Assembly (NCBI RefSeq): GCF_036971445.1
Contig: NC_091472.1
Location: forward strand, 225,928,001 to 225,992,000
Length of the DNA stretch: 64,000 bases
Direction of reading: 5' to 3'
Origin: Narcine bancroftii
Taxonomy: Eukaryota
Positions 1 through 12,715 of the stretch are shown piece after piece; positions within the stretch are counted from its first letter, which is position 1; each line of letters begins with the position of its first letter. The position numbers were made by a program, and so were the translations under genes. The notes under the pieces were generated by a model that saw nothing but the letters and a program-made list of their open reading frames with translations, was not told the origin of the DNA and did no database searches.

Positions 1-97
1 TTGTTTTCTCATTATAAGTTGATGTTACCAAGGCTGATTGGCCATGTCTGGTTCCTTGAATCTCATTCCAATTCCCTATCTCCTGTACCTGCATTAT

Positions 98-560
98 AGT
101 GCAAACATTTATATAAACCACCTTACAAAATAAATTAAAATAGTGCAAGTAAAAGAAAAATACAAAATAAGGCAGTGGCTTTGACTCATTGTTCATTCAG
201 GAATCTGATGGCAGAGGGGAAAAAACTGACATTGTGTCGCTGGGTGCTCATCTTCAGGATCCTGTACCTTTACCCTGATGGTGGCAGAGTGAAGGAGGCT
301 GAGGCCTGGGTGGTGGGTGTCCTTGAGGATAGAGGCTGCTTTTTTAAGACACCACCTCTTGTAGATGTCCTCGAAGGAATGAAGACTGGGACCCGTGACG
401 TGACGTCACAGGGCGAGTTAATAACCTTATGGAGTTTTTTCTTGTCCTGAGTGCTAGCACCTCTGTTTCATACAGCGATACAACCAGCCAAAGTGCTCTC
501 CTTGGTACACCTGTAGAAGTTTCCAAGTGACATACCGAATCTCCTCAAACTCCTTACAAA
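98..560 (-). mobile_element. Rex/Babar-type non-LTR retrotransposon, 3' fragment
   Basis: Closely similar to 2711-3132, which continues into a recognisable Rex/Babar RT C-terminus (VKFLGVNISKDL..W, ARQWLYFVRSLRRFG). Confidence 0.75.
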
Positions 561-768
561 ACCTCTGGGACAAACAGATAACTCTATAGATGATGGGAAA
601 CTGGACCACGCAGCAACTGCTGGAGGGACTCAAAAGGTCAGGCAGAATCCATGGAAGGCAATAGAAAATCAACACTTCATCAGGACTGGGACAAAGGAGG
701 GCAGAAGCCGAAATAAAAGGGGGAGGAGAAGGGGAAGTGTATGGGCTGGGAGGTGATAGAAGGAAGAG

Positions 769-898
769 TGTTGTATGTGAAGAAATAAGATTGATGAGTT
801 CTAAGAGCAACAACTCTAAACACAGGCTGGTTGAACAGTTGTTTTTATTTACACATGTAGGGGAGTTGCAATAGAGATAACAAACAGGCACGTGTGCA

Positions 899-969
<71 letters not shown>

Positions 970-1422
970 ATGCGCATGCACGCTTGCTGAATTATACAAC
1001 ATACTCGCAACCACTTGGAGATAAAAAGCTTTATAATCAAGTTATAACCAGCAATACCTGCCATCTCTTGATATTGTGCAGGCATGCCTCTAAACTAGGG
1101 ATAGCGATTTCTTGACACACATTACACAGCTCTCAACCCTTTGTTAATGCACAGCTCACCAATGAATTTCCAGTGTTGCCCACGGTTTACAACCTGGTCT
1201 GGATCTAGGGTTCACCCACAAGAGAAATAGATAGCTGGTCCACACATGGAGGGCTTTATATTGGCTGGAGAGCCTGGCCCAGGTATCAGAGGTAATTAAA
1301 GGGGCCGATGACCAGGTGTTCGCTGATCTGTAAGAGGGGCTTGAAGTTGATTGGCAGGTGAGGTGACTTCTGACTAGCTTCCAGCCGGACAGGGCACATA
1401 ATCCTCCACAATCCACACTACA
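769..1422 (-). mobile_element. Solo LTR
   Basis: TG...CA ends (minus strand TGTAGTG...ACAACA), flanks aagag/aagaa (5-bp TSD, 1 mismatch), minus-strand TATAAA near 1258 and AATAAA near 846; it interrupts the Penelope remnant. Confidence 0.65.
903..965. repeat. (CA)n microsatellite
   Basis: About 30 perfect CA units, seen directly. Confidence 0.98.
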
Positions 1423-2008
1423 AAGAAGCAGAGAGCCAACAAGGATGCACTCTTATAGGAGGACAGTATTTCATGGAAAGAAGGGGGTGGGGAGATAGAG
1501 GAAGGAAGTGTGGGTGATGGGCAGGTAGATGGTGGTGGAGGAGGGGAAAGGAGGAATGGAGCCAGAAGGATCAGAGGAAGCAAGGAAGGGGGGGAGGAGG
1601 TTAAAGAAAGGGGGGAGGATGAAAATTGGAGAAGTTGATGTTGATGCAGTCTAGTTGGAGACTACCAAGATGGAATATAAGGTGTTATTCTTCTAACATT
1701 CATATGGCTGCAACTTGGAAGTACAGTAGGCCACGGATAGGAATGGGAATGGAATTGAAGTGACTGGCCAGTGGGATATCCTGGCTATTGCAGTGGTTAG
1801 AGTGAAGTGATCCCTGGAACATCAAACCATACATCAAAATGGAAGTATTTTGAATTGGAATTGACCAAGTATTTGGAATGTTCCACATTGCCTATGGTGC
1901 TTTCGTCACCTCCCTAACCAAACAGTTCCAAAGCAAACTTTCAAACATGTAAAAGGACAGAAGAAAATATTCTGCATGTCTTTTGTTGCTGTGGGCGATT
2001 TGACTCAC

Positions 2009-2164
2009 TCAACAGCTGAATCTGATTGAACTGACAGGCTTGTCCTGACAAGAAGCTGCATTAGTCTTTTCATCCTACTCCTTTCAAGTTCCGAAAAGTG
2101 CCTCAGAAATAGTGGCTGAAAGGTGATGTGACTTGTCCCATTTAGGAATGTACTCCATATGTAC
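2009..2164 (-). CDS. Candidate internal coding exon of an unidentified host gene (156 nt, phase 2-2)
   Basis: Minus strand: pyrimidine-rich acceptor ttcttcaccttctcactgaatcaacag|, donor GA|gtgagt, length divisible by 3, open frame YIWSTFLNGTSHITFQPLFLRHFSELERSRMKRLMQLLVRTSLSVQSDSAV, in non-repetitive sequence. Confidence 0.55.
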
Positions 2165-3394
2165 CTGTTGATTCAGTGAGAAGGTGAAGAAATCAGAATG
2201 CACTGATGCTGAACTTCAAAGAAGTCATTTCCTGACCAATACCAACCCTGCTGAAGGAATGATTATCTCCATTTCAATTCAAGTTTGTTATCATCTGATT
2301 GTACATGTACAGCCTGACAAACCAACATCTCTCTGGACCACAGTGCACAAACAAAAACACACAAAACCCAGGACACAACAATCTCTTAAATAATCCAAGC
2401 AAACATGTTGCTACCTGGATGGCCTGGAGCCACGTTCCTGTCATTAGCAGAGTGCAACAGCCCTTTTTTATCCTTTTGTTCAAATGCAGCCGCAGGTAAT
2501 ACAGTTTAATTTTCAGAGATCATACCTTTGCAAGTAAAATAAGCTGGAGCGCAGAGCAGGGTGGATTTGCTTTGAGTCTTACACGAGTCCCTGCACGCTT
2601 GGCGCGTTTCTGTGTCCTTGCCCACCGTTTTTGACAACTTCCTCTCCGAGTTTCAGAATCAGAATTTGAATTTATTGTCGTGAACATGTCATGTCTTGTG
2701 GCAACATCACAGTGCAAACATTTATATAAACCACCTTACAAAATAAATTTAAATAGTGCAAGAAAAAGAAAAATACCAAATAAGGCAGTGGCTTTGACTC
2801 ATTGTTCATCCAGGAATCTGATGGCAGAGGGGAAGAAGCTGACATTGTGCCGCTGGGTGGTCATCTTCAGGATCCTGTACCTTTACCCTGATGGTGGCAG
2901 AGTGAAGGAGGCTGAGGCCTGGGTGGAGGATAGAGGCTGCTTTTTAAAGACACCACCTCTTGTAGATGTCCTCAATGGAATGAAAGCTGGCACCCGTGAC
3001 GTCACAGGGCGAGTTAATAACCTTATGGAATTTTTTCTTGTCCTGAGTGCTAGCACCTCTGTTTCATACAGCGATGCAACTAGCCAAAGTTTCCAAGTGA
3101 CATACCAAATCTCCTCAAACTCCTTACAAAATATAACCACTGGCGAGCCTTCTTCATGATTGCATCAACACGGAGGCTCCAGGGCAGATCCTTAGAGATG
3201 TTGACACCCAGGAATTTAACAATGAAGACTGGGTCGTGCTCTTCTGATTTCCTCCTGAAGTTCACAATTGTTACCTTGACAAGGTTGCTGTTGTGATACC
3301 ACTCATTGAGTTGATTTATCTCCCTTCTGTATGCTTCCTCATTGTGGTCTATGATTCTGCCAACAATCGTGGTGTCATTGGGAAATCTGGAGAT

Positions 3395-3664
3395 TGTAGC
3401 GACTGCTACACAGAATGAAACACACCACAACCATGTTGGAGGTTTCAAACGAACTGTTTATTCAAACTTTACATGCACCCCTTTAAGGGCGGTGTGAGCT
3501 CCGCCCCCGCATCGGCAGTGACATCACCACACTCACCCGAGGCACGCGCCCTGGCCTAAGCCACGAGGCACGGAGGTCCCCCAATGGCGCCATCTTCTCG
3601 TGGCTGCCCCACCGGGGCGGTGGTAAAGCGGGGCTGGTTCGCCACAAGGATGTGCACTGCCACA
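3395..3664 (-). repeat. 3' LTR of the Gypsy at 3395-7472
   Basis: Aligns end to end with 7216-7472, with many CpG-type transitions; minus-strand AATAAA at about 3457. Confidence 0.93.
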
Positions 3665-3684
3665 CAACCCCCCACCCCCAAACG

Positions 3685-6530
3685 AGGTTACGCGTCGTTT
3701 CGGCTAGGCTGTTTCTACCGGCTGGCTAAGGTCCAGGTGTGCCGCCTTGAGTCTGTCGACTGTGAATAGCTCCCCCTTTGCCCCGATGTCCAGGGTGAAT
3801 GTCTTGCCTGAGCTTTGCAAGACTTTGTAGGGGCCTTCGTAGGGGTGCTGCAGGGGCATGGTGTGTGGGCCTCGCTGGATGAAAACTAAATCAGCCGTGG
3901 CCAGCTCTTTGGGGACGCAGGACAGGTGGGTTCCGTGGTGGGTCAGTGGTGGGGGCGCTAGTGAGGCGAGCTTACCTCGCAAGTCTGCCAGTAAGGTCTG
4001 ACTCTCGGTCGTGGAACCAATGCTCAAACCGAAGAACTCCCCAGGTAGCAACAGTGGTGCACCATAGACCAACTCCATGGACAATACCTGTAGGTCTTCT
4101 CTCGGAGCCATTCTGATGCCGAGCAGGACCCAGGGCAATTCATCCGTCTAGTTTGGGCCGGTGAGGCAAGTCATGAGGGCCGACCTTAGGTGCCGGTGTA
4201 AGCGCTCCATGAGGTCGTTGGCTTGGGGAAGGTATATGATGGAGTTTGATCTCCAAGAGGTTCACCAGCTGTGACCAGAGGGCGGATGTGAACTGGGCAC
4301 CTCTGTCGCTCATCATGTGAGCCGGGACTCCAAACCTGGCAATCCATTGGGTGAGTAGGTTCCTGTCACAGGACTCAGCGGAAGTGTCTCTCTGTGGGAT
4401 GGCTTCCAGCCACCTCGTCGTGTGGTTGACCACGGTCAAATATAGTGGGCATCTCTGGACACTGGCAGGGGTCCCACGATGTTGATGTGTATGTGTTCGA
4501 ACCTCTTGGCCGTGGAATCAAACTGCTGTACCAGGGCCTTTACATGGCGCTGGACTTTGGAGCTCTGACACTGCGTGCAGTTTCTCACCATCTGGGCTAC
4601 CTGTTTCTTGAGGCCGTGCCACATGAACCGTTCCACCACCATGCGAATTGAGGTCTTGACTGAGGGGTGAGCCAAGTCATGGACCATGCTGAAGGCCTGC
4701 GGTCTCCATTGCGGTGGAGATGTCGCAGAGCAGCACGTCGGGGCTGTCCGGAAGTTTGAGGTCCTGGAGCTGGAGACCCATGATGGCGACGCAGAAAGCT
4801 TGTGTGTCCGCATCCTCCTTCTGAGCCTGTGCTAGCTGGGCATAGTCCAGGCCATGGGCAAAGCTGTGGATGGCTCGCCAACCAGTGATCCTTTGACATT
4901 GCAAGGGCCTGTGTGAGTGGTTTGTGGTCGGTGAAAATGGTGAATGGCCTGCCCTCCAGTAAGTACCGGAATGTCTGATGGCCATGTACAGGGCCAGAAG
5001 TTCCCTGTTGAAGGCACTGTATTTCAGTTCTTGGGGGGGGCGGAGGTGCTTGGTGAAGAAGGCAAGCGGGCGCTACTGGCCATTGACTGATTGCTCCAGG
5101 ACGCACCCGAAGGTCGTGGCTGAAGCATCACCAAGAATGCGGTGTGGGCGTCCAGCTGCGGGTGAGCTTGTAGGGTGGTGTTCGCCAGGGCGTCTTTCGT
5201 CGCAGTGAAAGCGCTCTCGGCCTCTTCCGTCCATTCCAGGGTTTTATTCTTGGTGGCGATCAGTGCGAACAACGGTCGCATGATGCGAACCGCCCCCGGG
5301 ATGAAACGGTGCTAGAAGTTGACCACACCAGCGAATTACTGTAGACCTTTGAGGGTATCAGGCTTCGGGAATTGGCATACGGCTGCGACGTTCTTGGGTG
5401 CCAGGGCAGTCCCATCCGCACAGATGGTATGGCCAAGGAACTGTAGGGACTGCTTGCCGAACTGGCACTCGACCACGTTGACCGTGAGGCCAAACTCTGC
5501 CAGACGGGCGAATAGCGCACAGAGATGGACCTTGTGTTCTTTGTTGTCCTAGCAGGCGATGAGAATGTCATCGAGATAGATAAACACAAAGTCCAAGTCT
5601 CTGCCCACTGCATCCATCAGGCGCTGAAATGTCTGGGCCGCGTTTTTAAGACTGAAGGGCATCCACAGGAACTCGAATAGGCCGAATGGGGTGATGATCA
5701 CGGTCTTGCTGATGTCGTCAGTGTGGACCTGGATCTGGTGGTAACCCTGTACCAGGTCGACCTTCGAGAAAACCCGAGTGCCGTGCAAGTTGGCCGTAAA
5801 GTCCTGTATATGTGGGATGGGATGTCGGACTGACGTAGTCGCATCGTTGAGACGACGGTAGTCCTGCATGGGCGCCAAACCCCAGAAGCCTTCAGGACCA
5901 TGCAGACAATTTCCAGCTCCTGCAGTCAGGAGAACTCCTCCTTTGCCAGTTGCAGCTTCTTGGGGGGCACCCACCTGGCCTTGGCATGGAGGAGAGAGCC
6001 CTGTGTCAAAATGTGGTGGCCATGCCATGTTGGGGCATGCTGGGGCATGGCAGAAGTAAACTGCGGCTGCAGGATGGAGGGGAACTTGTCGAGCATGTGG
6101 GAATACTCGTACTTGGGGGTGCTGATGGAAGCTATTCCCAGGCCACAAGGACCTGTGGAGTTGAGGCGGCGGATTGGATGGTACAGGCATGTACCAATTG
6201 CTTGCCTTTGATGTCCACCAACAGGCTGTGCGCCCAGAGGAAATCGGCTCCCAGCAGCGCTGTGCCCACCGAGGCCAGTATGAATTTCCAGCGGAACTTG
6301 TCCTTGCCAATCTGGATCTGTTTGCTGAGTGTGTCGAAAGTCTTGATGGAGGATCCGTTGGCTGCCTGTAGGGTTGGGCCCCGTGCGCGGGTGTGGGTCT
6401 CGAGGGCAGTCAGGGGGAGCAGGCTCAGTTCTGCTCCGATGTCTACCAGGAAATGTCGGCCACTGGGCTTATCAATCACATGCCCGGCCAGCTGTCACAG
6501 CCATTAACGGCAGCTGCCTAGGTCATTTCC
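3685..6530 (-). pseudogene. pol: Gypsy pol (protease, RT, RNase H, integrase), frameshifted
   Basis: FLVDIGAE (PR), DYRRLN, KVDLVQGYHQI and YLDD (RT), FTDHKPL (RH), HPSVK..CTQCQ, SDRGAQF and YEGPY (IN), spread over several ORF-track fragments. Confidence 0.92.
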
Positions 6531-7172
6531 CTGGAACAAACAGGGCTGCCTGCACTTGTGGGCTTGGGCCCCCCAGCATTGATGGTAGAAACACCAGGTG
6601 GGGTGCTGTTCTTGCTGTGCTGTGCTTGCAGCTTATTGGGCCCTGGGTGGGCGACCTGGCTGAGGGCGGCCTCGTTTTCTTGCTTGGTCCACCAGAGGAC
6701 ATCTGTGCAGGCTGCGACTCGTCGTGGATCGGAGAAGTCCTCATCTGCCAGCAGGAGTTGGATGTCCTCAGGCATCTGGTCGAGGAAAGCCTGTTCGAAC
6801 ATCAAGCAGGGTCTGTGGCCCTCTGCTAGCAGCAGCATTTCATCCATGAAGGCAGATGAGGTTCTGTCGCCCATACCATCCAGGTGTCGGAGCCTGGTGG
6901 CGCGCTGCCGCCAGGAGAGGCCGAAGGTGCCGAGGAGGAGGCTTATGAGAGCGAGGTATTTACCTTCCTCTGGTGGGTTTATGGATGAGGTCGTCCACTA
7001 TGGCTGTGGTTTCATCATCGAGCGCGTTCATGACATGGTGGAACATCATGGTGTCTGATGTGATGTGTCGGAGGTGAAACTGCACTTCCGCCTGCCCAAA
7101 CCAAGTGCGTGGGTGAGGCGTCCAAAAGGGGGGGAGTTTTACCACGACTGCATTGATTGCTACGGAATCCAT
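6518..7172 (-). pseudogene. gag: Gypsy gag with CHCC zinc motif
   Basis: AVVVKLPPFW..WFGQAEVQF N-terminus; CFYHQCWGAQAHKCRQPC near 6540-6595. Confidence 0.88.
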
Positions 7173-7200
7173 ATTGGGAGGCCAGAAAACCATCTGGACT

Positions 7201-7214
7201 CACTGGGGTCACCA
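7201..7214 (-). promoter_or_regulatory. Primer-binding site, tRNA-Trp type
   Basis: Minus-strand TGGTGACCCC starts 1 nt inside the 5' LTR boundary and is complementary to the tRNA-Trp 3' end (GGGGUCACCA). Confidence 0.8.
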
Positions 7215-7215
7215 A

Positions 7216-7472
7216 TGTAGCGATTGCTACACAGAATGAAACACACCACTACCACATTAGAGGTTTCAAACAAGCTGTTTATTCAAACTTTGCACGCGCC
7301 TCTTTAAGGACGGCATGAGCTCTGCCCCCGCATCAGGGGTGATGTCACTATGATCGCCTGAGGCGCGCATCCTGGCCTAAGCCACATGGCACGGAAGTCC
7401 CCCGATGGCGCCATTTTCTTGCGGCTGCCCTGCTGGTGGGGCCGATTCGCCATGCGGATGTCCGCTGCCACA
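7216..7472 (-). repeat. 5' LTR of the Gypsy at 3395-7472
   Basis: Direct repeat of 3395-3664, adjacent to the PBS. Confidence 0.93.
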
Positions 7473-9409
7473 GATAGCATGTTAATTGTGCGTAGCCACA
7501 CAGTCATGGGTGTATAATGAGTAGAGCAGTGGGCTAAGCATGAACCCTTGAAGATGTTGATCATCAGTAAGGAAAAGACGTTATTCTAGTTCATACTGAA
7601 GTTCATACTCAAGTCTTCTGAAGAGGAAGTCCAGGAACCAGGGGTGGGCTGGGGTGGGGGGGGGAGTTGGTGCAGAGCTCCAGTGTTTGGAGCTTCTTGG
7701 CCAGCACTGAGGGAATAATGGTGTTGAAGGCTGAACTGTAGTCGATGATGAGCAGCCACATATATGAGTTGCTGTTTTCGAGGTGATCCAGAGCTGAGTG
7801 GAGAGCCATTGATAGTGCGTCTGCTGTGGAGCAGTTGTGATGATGGGTGAATTACTTTGGATCCAGTCCTTTGTTTGGTATATGTTATTTCAGGCCATGA
7901 CCAACCTCTCAAAGCATTTCATCACAGTAGATGTTATTGCCATGGTGCGAATGTCATTGAGGCAGCTCCATCTGTTCTTCTTGGGCACCACGATGATTGA
8001 TGCCCTTTTGAAACTGGTGGGTACCTCTGACTTCAGCATTGGGAGATTGAAAATGTCCATGAACGCTCTGGTTAGTTGGTTGGCACAGATTTTCAATATC
8101 CTGCCAGGTACACCATCAGGACCTGACACCTTGCAAGGGTTTGCCCTCTTTACGTCAGCCTCAGAGGCAGATATCACAGGGTCCTCAGCCTTTGCAGGGA
8201 TTCTCGTAGGTACTGATTGGTTCTTCTTCTCAAAGTGGGCATAGAAGGTGTTCAGCTTATCGAGTAGTGAAGCTTCACAGCCATCTATGGTGTTCACCCT
8301 CATTTTGTGCGATGGCATGGCCTGTACTCTCTGCTGGCGAGTATCTGTCTTTGGTTGCATCTTCCTCTGTAATTGCTTCTTTGTGGCTGATAAAGCCTTC
8401 CACAGGTCGTACCTGGACTTCTTGTAGATATCTGGATCACCGGCCTTAAATGCCCTTGATCTCGCCCTCAGCAGGTTCATCCAAGGCTTCTGGTGGGGAA
8501 CATCCTATATGTGTATGTGGGCACACACATCCAAGCAGTTCTTGAATGAGTCAGTAACATTGCATTTTTATTCAAGTCTAAGGATGAGTTCTTGAATATG
8601 GTCCAGTCCACCGATTCAAGGCAGTTCTACAGGCGCCCCTCCCTCAATCATACTTTCACCATCTTCTCCACTGGTGCTGTAGTCCTCAGTCTCTGCTTGT
8701 ACACCGGGAGTAGAAGTACAGCCAGGTGATCAGACTTGTGAAGAGCAATTGTGGAATGGCTTGTAGGCATTTTTCATGGTGATATCGCAGTGGTCAAATG
8801 CATTGGCTCCTCTGGTCTTGCAGGTAGTTGGTCAGAGACTTTTTCAGGTGGGCCTGATTGAGGTCCCTGACAATGATTGGGAAGGCATCAGGGTGTGCTG
8901 CTCATGGTTGCTGATCACAGTGCTCAGTCCCTCCAGAGCAAGCCTGATGTTAGCCTGAGGTAGAATGTATGCTGTGACCAGGATGATGGTGGTGAACTCC
9001 CTTGGCAGGTAGAATTAGTGGTACTTGATCGCCAGATGTCCAAGTCAAGGGAACAAGATTGGGATATGACCGTCACATTTGTGCACCATAATGAATTGAT
9101 GATGACACAAATGCCGCCTTCCCTGGTTTTTCCTGATGCCAATGTCTGGTCCACATGGTGGAGGGTGTACCCCATGGGCTGAAGCATCATGTCCAGAATG
9201 CCCTTGTTTCTGTGAAGCACATCACACAGCACTGCCTGATGTCCCTCTAATCTTATAATCTGGCTGTGAGTTCATTGAGTTTGTTTTCCAAGGATTGTAC
9301 GTTGGCCAGTGGATGGTAGTGAGTGGAAGCCTTTGGGCCCAACGTCATAGATTAACCAGTAGCACTCCCTCTGCGTCTTCATGGTCTGGTCTTCTTTAAA
9401 TAGTGTGTG

Positions 9410-9600
9410 GGTTGGCTGCTTGTAACTCCTACAGATTTTAAATGGCTGGTTTGCTGGCTGTTTGAATCTCCCACAGTGTTTAAATGGCCTGTGCCTTGGC
9501 TGCTCGTAACTCCTGTGGAGCTTAAATGGCCCATTCGCTGGCTGTTTGAAACCCCCGCAGTGTTTAACTTGCCTGTGCATCAGCTGTTTAAAGCTGCCGC
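9410..9600. repeat. Degenerate tandem repeat (about 75-bp unit made of about 37-bp subunits) at the LINE 5' region
   Basis: ttggctgct.gtaactcct...ttaaatggc...gctggctgtttgaa..ccc.cagtgtttaa repeated about 2.5 times. Confidence 0.75.
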
Positions 9601-9809
9601 GGTCCAATGGAGTCTGCCACTTCTGTCAATTGCAAGGTTTGCTAGCGTCCTGAGGACATCAATATTCACAGGTTGGTGTTGGGGCTCGCTACTTTCATTA
9701 TGTCATACTTGCACAGTACCTTCAAAATCTGGTCCTTAGCTTGGCAGACCTACATGTTTTAGTGTTATGTGGCGCACTGTGCAGTAGAAGAAAGCACAGC
9801 CACCACGTT

Positions 9810-12715
9810 TGGGCACAGCCGTCTGTACTGGCCGCGACAAGTCCAAATGGGCCGTCTTCAAGCGGTCCACTGTAAAAAGTTCCTCCTTTCCCCCCACATC
9901 CAGAGAGAAAGTTCTACTGGATCGCCAGAGGACTTTATACGGACCTAAAATGGTGCCCTCTGCAGTCCTCTCCGGACGAACACAAACTGTGCCGAGTCCA
10001 GTTCCTTGGGGTGGTGGGATGGCCAGTTGCCATGGCGTGATGGGGGTGGAGGCCCCCCAGGGAGGCCAGTTTCCTGCGGAGATCCGCCAGCAGGTTCATG
10101 TCCCCAGGTGCTGGTCGGCTTCTGAGCTGAAGAATTCGCTGGGCAGGGAAAGTGGTGCGCCGAATACTAGTTCTGATGACAAGACTTGCAGGTCCTCCTT
10201 GGGTGCTGTCCTGATCCCAAGGAGGACCCAAGGCAGTTCGTCTGCCCCGTCCGGGCTGGTGAGTCGGGACATGAGGGCAGTCTTTAGGTGCTGGTGAAAC
10301 CTCTCCACCAAACCGTTGGACTGTGGGTGGTAGGCCGTGGTGTGGTGGAGTTTAACCCCCAAGAGCCTCGCCAGCTGGGCCCATAGCGCGGAGGTAAACT
10401 GGGCGCCCCTGTTGCTGGTGATGTGCGGCGGCACGCCAAAACTGGCGATCCACTGACTGACTCATGATTCGGTCCACTACCGTAAAGAGGTTGCGCACTT
10501 CCCTGGACACTGGCAAGGGGCCGATGACATCAATGTGGATGTGCTGGAACCTCTGTGCTGACAAGTCGAAGGGTTGGATTGGGGCCTGCATGCGTCTGTG
10601 GATTTTGGAGGCCTGGCACCTAGTGCAGTTCCTAGCCAACTCCGCCACCTCCTTCTTGAGCCCGTGCCACACGAACCGTTCTGCCACCATCCGCACGGTC
10701 ATCTTCACTGAGGGATGAGCGAGGTCGTGGATTAGGCTAAGGACTCTCGCCCTCCATTGTGTCAGTACTACCGGGTGCGGTGGGCCTGTGGAGACGTAGC
10801 AGAGCAGCGCATCCGGGCTGTTGGGCAGCTGGATGTCCTTGAGGTCAAGGCCCGAGATGGCAGTCCTGAGAGCTGTTGGGCCTGGGCTAGCTGTATATAG
10901 TTAAGCTCAGGGGCTAGCGTGTTGATGGATGGGTGCGAGAGTGCGTCCGCTACTACGTTGTCCTTGCCTGCTCTGTGCCGGATGTCAGAATTGAATTCCG
11001 ACACGTAAGAGAGGTGGCGCTGTTGTCTGGCTGACCATGGGTCCTTGGCCATGGCGAGTGCCTGGGTGAGGTGCTTGTGGTCTCTGAAGACTGTGAAGGA
11101 TCTGCCCTCCAGGAAATAGTGGAAATGGCGGTTGGCCAAGTACAGCGCCAGGAGCTCCCGATTGAATGCGCTGTACTTGAGCTCCAGCAGGTGCAGCTGT
11201 TTACTGAAAAAGGCTAGTGGGTGCCATTGTCCATTGAGCCGTTGCTCTAGAATTCCCCCGACCGCCTTAGTTGAGGTGTCCAACTAGAGTGTCATGTGTG
11301 TGCCTCCGGGCATGGGTGCACCAGCAACGTTGCACTGGCGAGAGCTTCTTTCGTTTTGCCATTAAAGCCTTATCCACCTCTTCCAACCAGGATAAGGTAT
11401 TTTCCTTCACGGCGATAAGTGCGAACAGTGGACGCATGGTATGGGCGGCACTGGGGATGAACCGATGGCAAAAGTTCACCATCCCCACGAACTCTTGCAG
11501 GCTTTTGAGGGTGGAAGGTTTGGGGAAATGTTGGATGGCTGCCACCTTCTCCGGTGCTGGAGTGGCCCCAGACGCCGAGATCGTGTGCCCCAGGAATTGC
11601 AGCGACTACTTCCCAAACTGGCATTTGGCCGCGTTGACTGTGAGGCCGAACTCCGCCAGCCGGGCAAATAGGGTTTGGAGGTGGACCTTGTGTTCTTTGT
11701 GGTTGTGACTGTTGATGAGGATATCATCTAGGTAGATGAACACAAAGTCCAAGTCCCTACCCACTGCGTCCATGAGGCGCTGGAATGTCTGGGCTGCATT
11801 CTTTAACCCGAAAGGCATCCAAAGGAACTCGAAAAGGCCGAACAGGGTGATGATCGCAGTCTTTCCCACATAGTCGGGGTGCACTGGGATCTGGTAATAT
11901 CCTTGCACAAGGTCAACCTTGGAAAAGAACTGAGCGTCGTGGAGGTTGGCCAAGAAATCTTGTTTGTGGGGGACTGGGTACCTCTCGGGGGTTGTGGCAT
12001 CATTCAGCCATCGGTAGTCTCTGCAGGGTCTCCAGTCCCCAGACGACTTGGGGGCCATGTGGAGCAGTGATGCCCAGGCACTGTCTGAAAGCCGGACGAT
12101 CCCCAATTTTTGGAGCCTTGAAAACTCCTTCTTCGCCTACTGCAGCTTTTCGGACGGCAGACATCTGGGCTTAGCGTGCAATGGGGGGCCTTGCGTGGCA
12201 ATGTGGTGGAAAACTGTGTCGGGGGAAAGCGGCATTGATACGTGGCTCCAAGATGGCGGGGAATTCATGGAGTATATTGGCATACATCCCTGGCAGCAGC
12301 CACAGCGGTGATCTCGGGTCTGATGGCATCCACAGTGTCCAAAAGCACGGAGTGGAAAGTGCAGGCGTTGACCAACCTCTTGCTCTTCATGTCGACCAGT
12401 GAGCCCTCAGGAAGTCGGCCCCCAACAGCATGGTGCCCACTGAAGCCAACCCGAACCTCCAGTGGAATTTTTCTTTGCCGATTTGGATCTGCGCCCTACA
12501 GGTGTCATAGGTCTTGATGGTGGAATAATTGGCCACCCGCAGGGTTGTACCAGGAGATCGGGTGTGAGTCTCCAGCATTGTCGGGGGTAGGACGCTCAGC
12601 TCAGCCCCTATGTCCACCAGGAAACACCGGCAGGTGGATTTATCAGTGACATAAAGGAGACTGTTCACGTGGCAGCCATCACAGCCATCAACGGCGGCTG
12701 GCCTGGTCGTTTCCC
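9810..12715 (-). pseudogene. pol: Gypsy pol, frameshifted
   Basis: FLVDIGAE, WAS.LHMAPK, YLDD, ELLALYLA, HHTTAYHPQSNGLVERFH, YGP motifs. Confidence 0.92.

Larger units (their letters stand above)
590..1830 (-). mobile_element. Penelope-like element remnant, split by a solo LTR at 769-1422
   Basis: Terminal motif tgctggagggactcaaaaggtcaggcag...cttcatcagg, purine-rich body and gagaagttgatgttgatgc...ggaatataaggtgtt match the other Penelope-type remnants at 24930-25515 and 63400-63800. Confidence 0.6.
3395..7472 (-). mobile_element. Ty3/Gypsy LTR retrotransposon, CsRN1-clade-like, complete but decayed
   Basis: LTR pair 3395-3664 and 7216-7472 (TG...CA), TSD agat/(a)gat, Trp-type PBS, PPT near 3665-3680, domain order gag-PR-RT-RH-IN. 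Confidence 0.95.
2650..9600 (-). mobile_element. Near full-length decayed Rex/Babar-type LINE (APE + RT), interrupted by the Gypsy at 3395-7472
   Basis: APE remnants at 8700-9330 (GGICVIINSLWC); RT motifs GPDGVPGRILK, MKCFERLV, IDYSSAFNTIIP, DTTIVGRI, KFLGVNIS; many stops and frameshifts; the sequence rejoins across the agat TSD. Confidence 0.85.

Noticed and set aside
454-1115. ORFs with VCVCVC/HTHTHT runs
   Set aside because: Translations of the (CA)n microsatellite inside a solo LTR.
2520-2650. Possible exon ending in aag|gtatga
   Set aside because: The peptide KRAKRAGTRVRLK...LILLAKV matches the typical N-terminal lead-in of Rex/Babar LINE ORFs, so it is a TE fragment.
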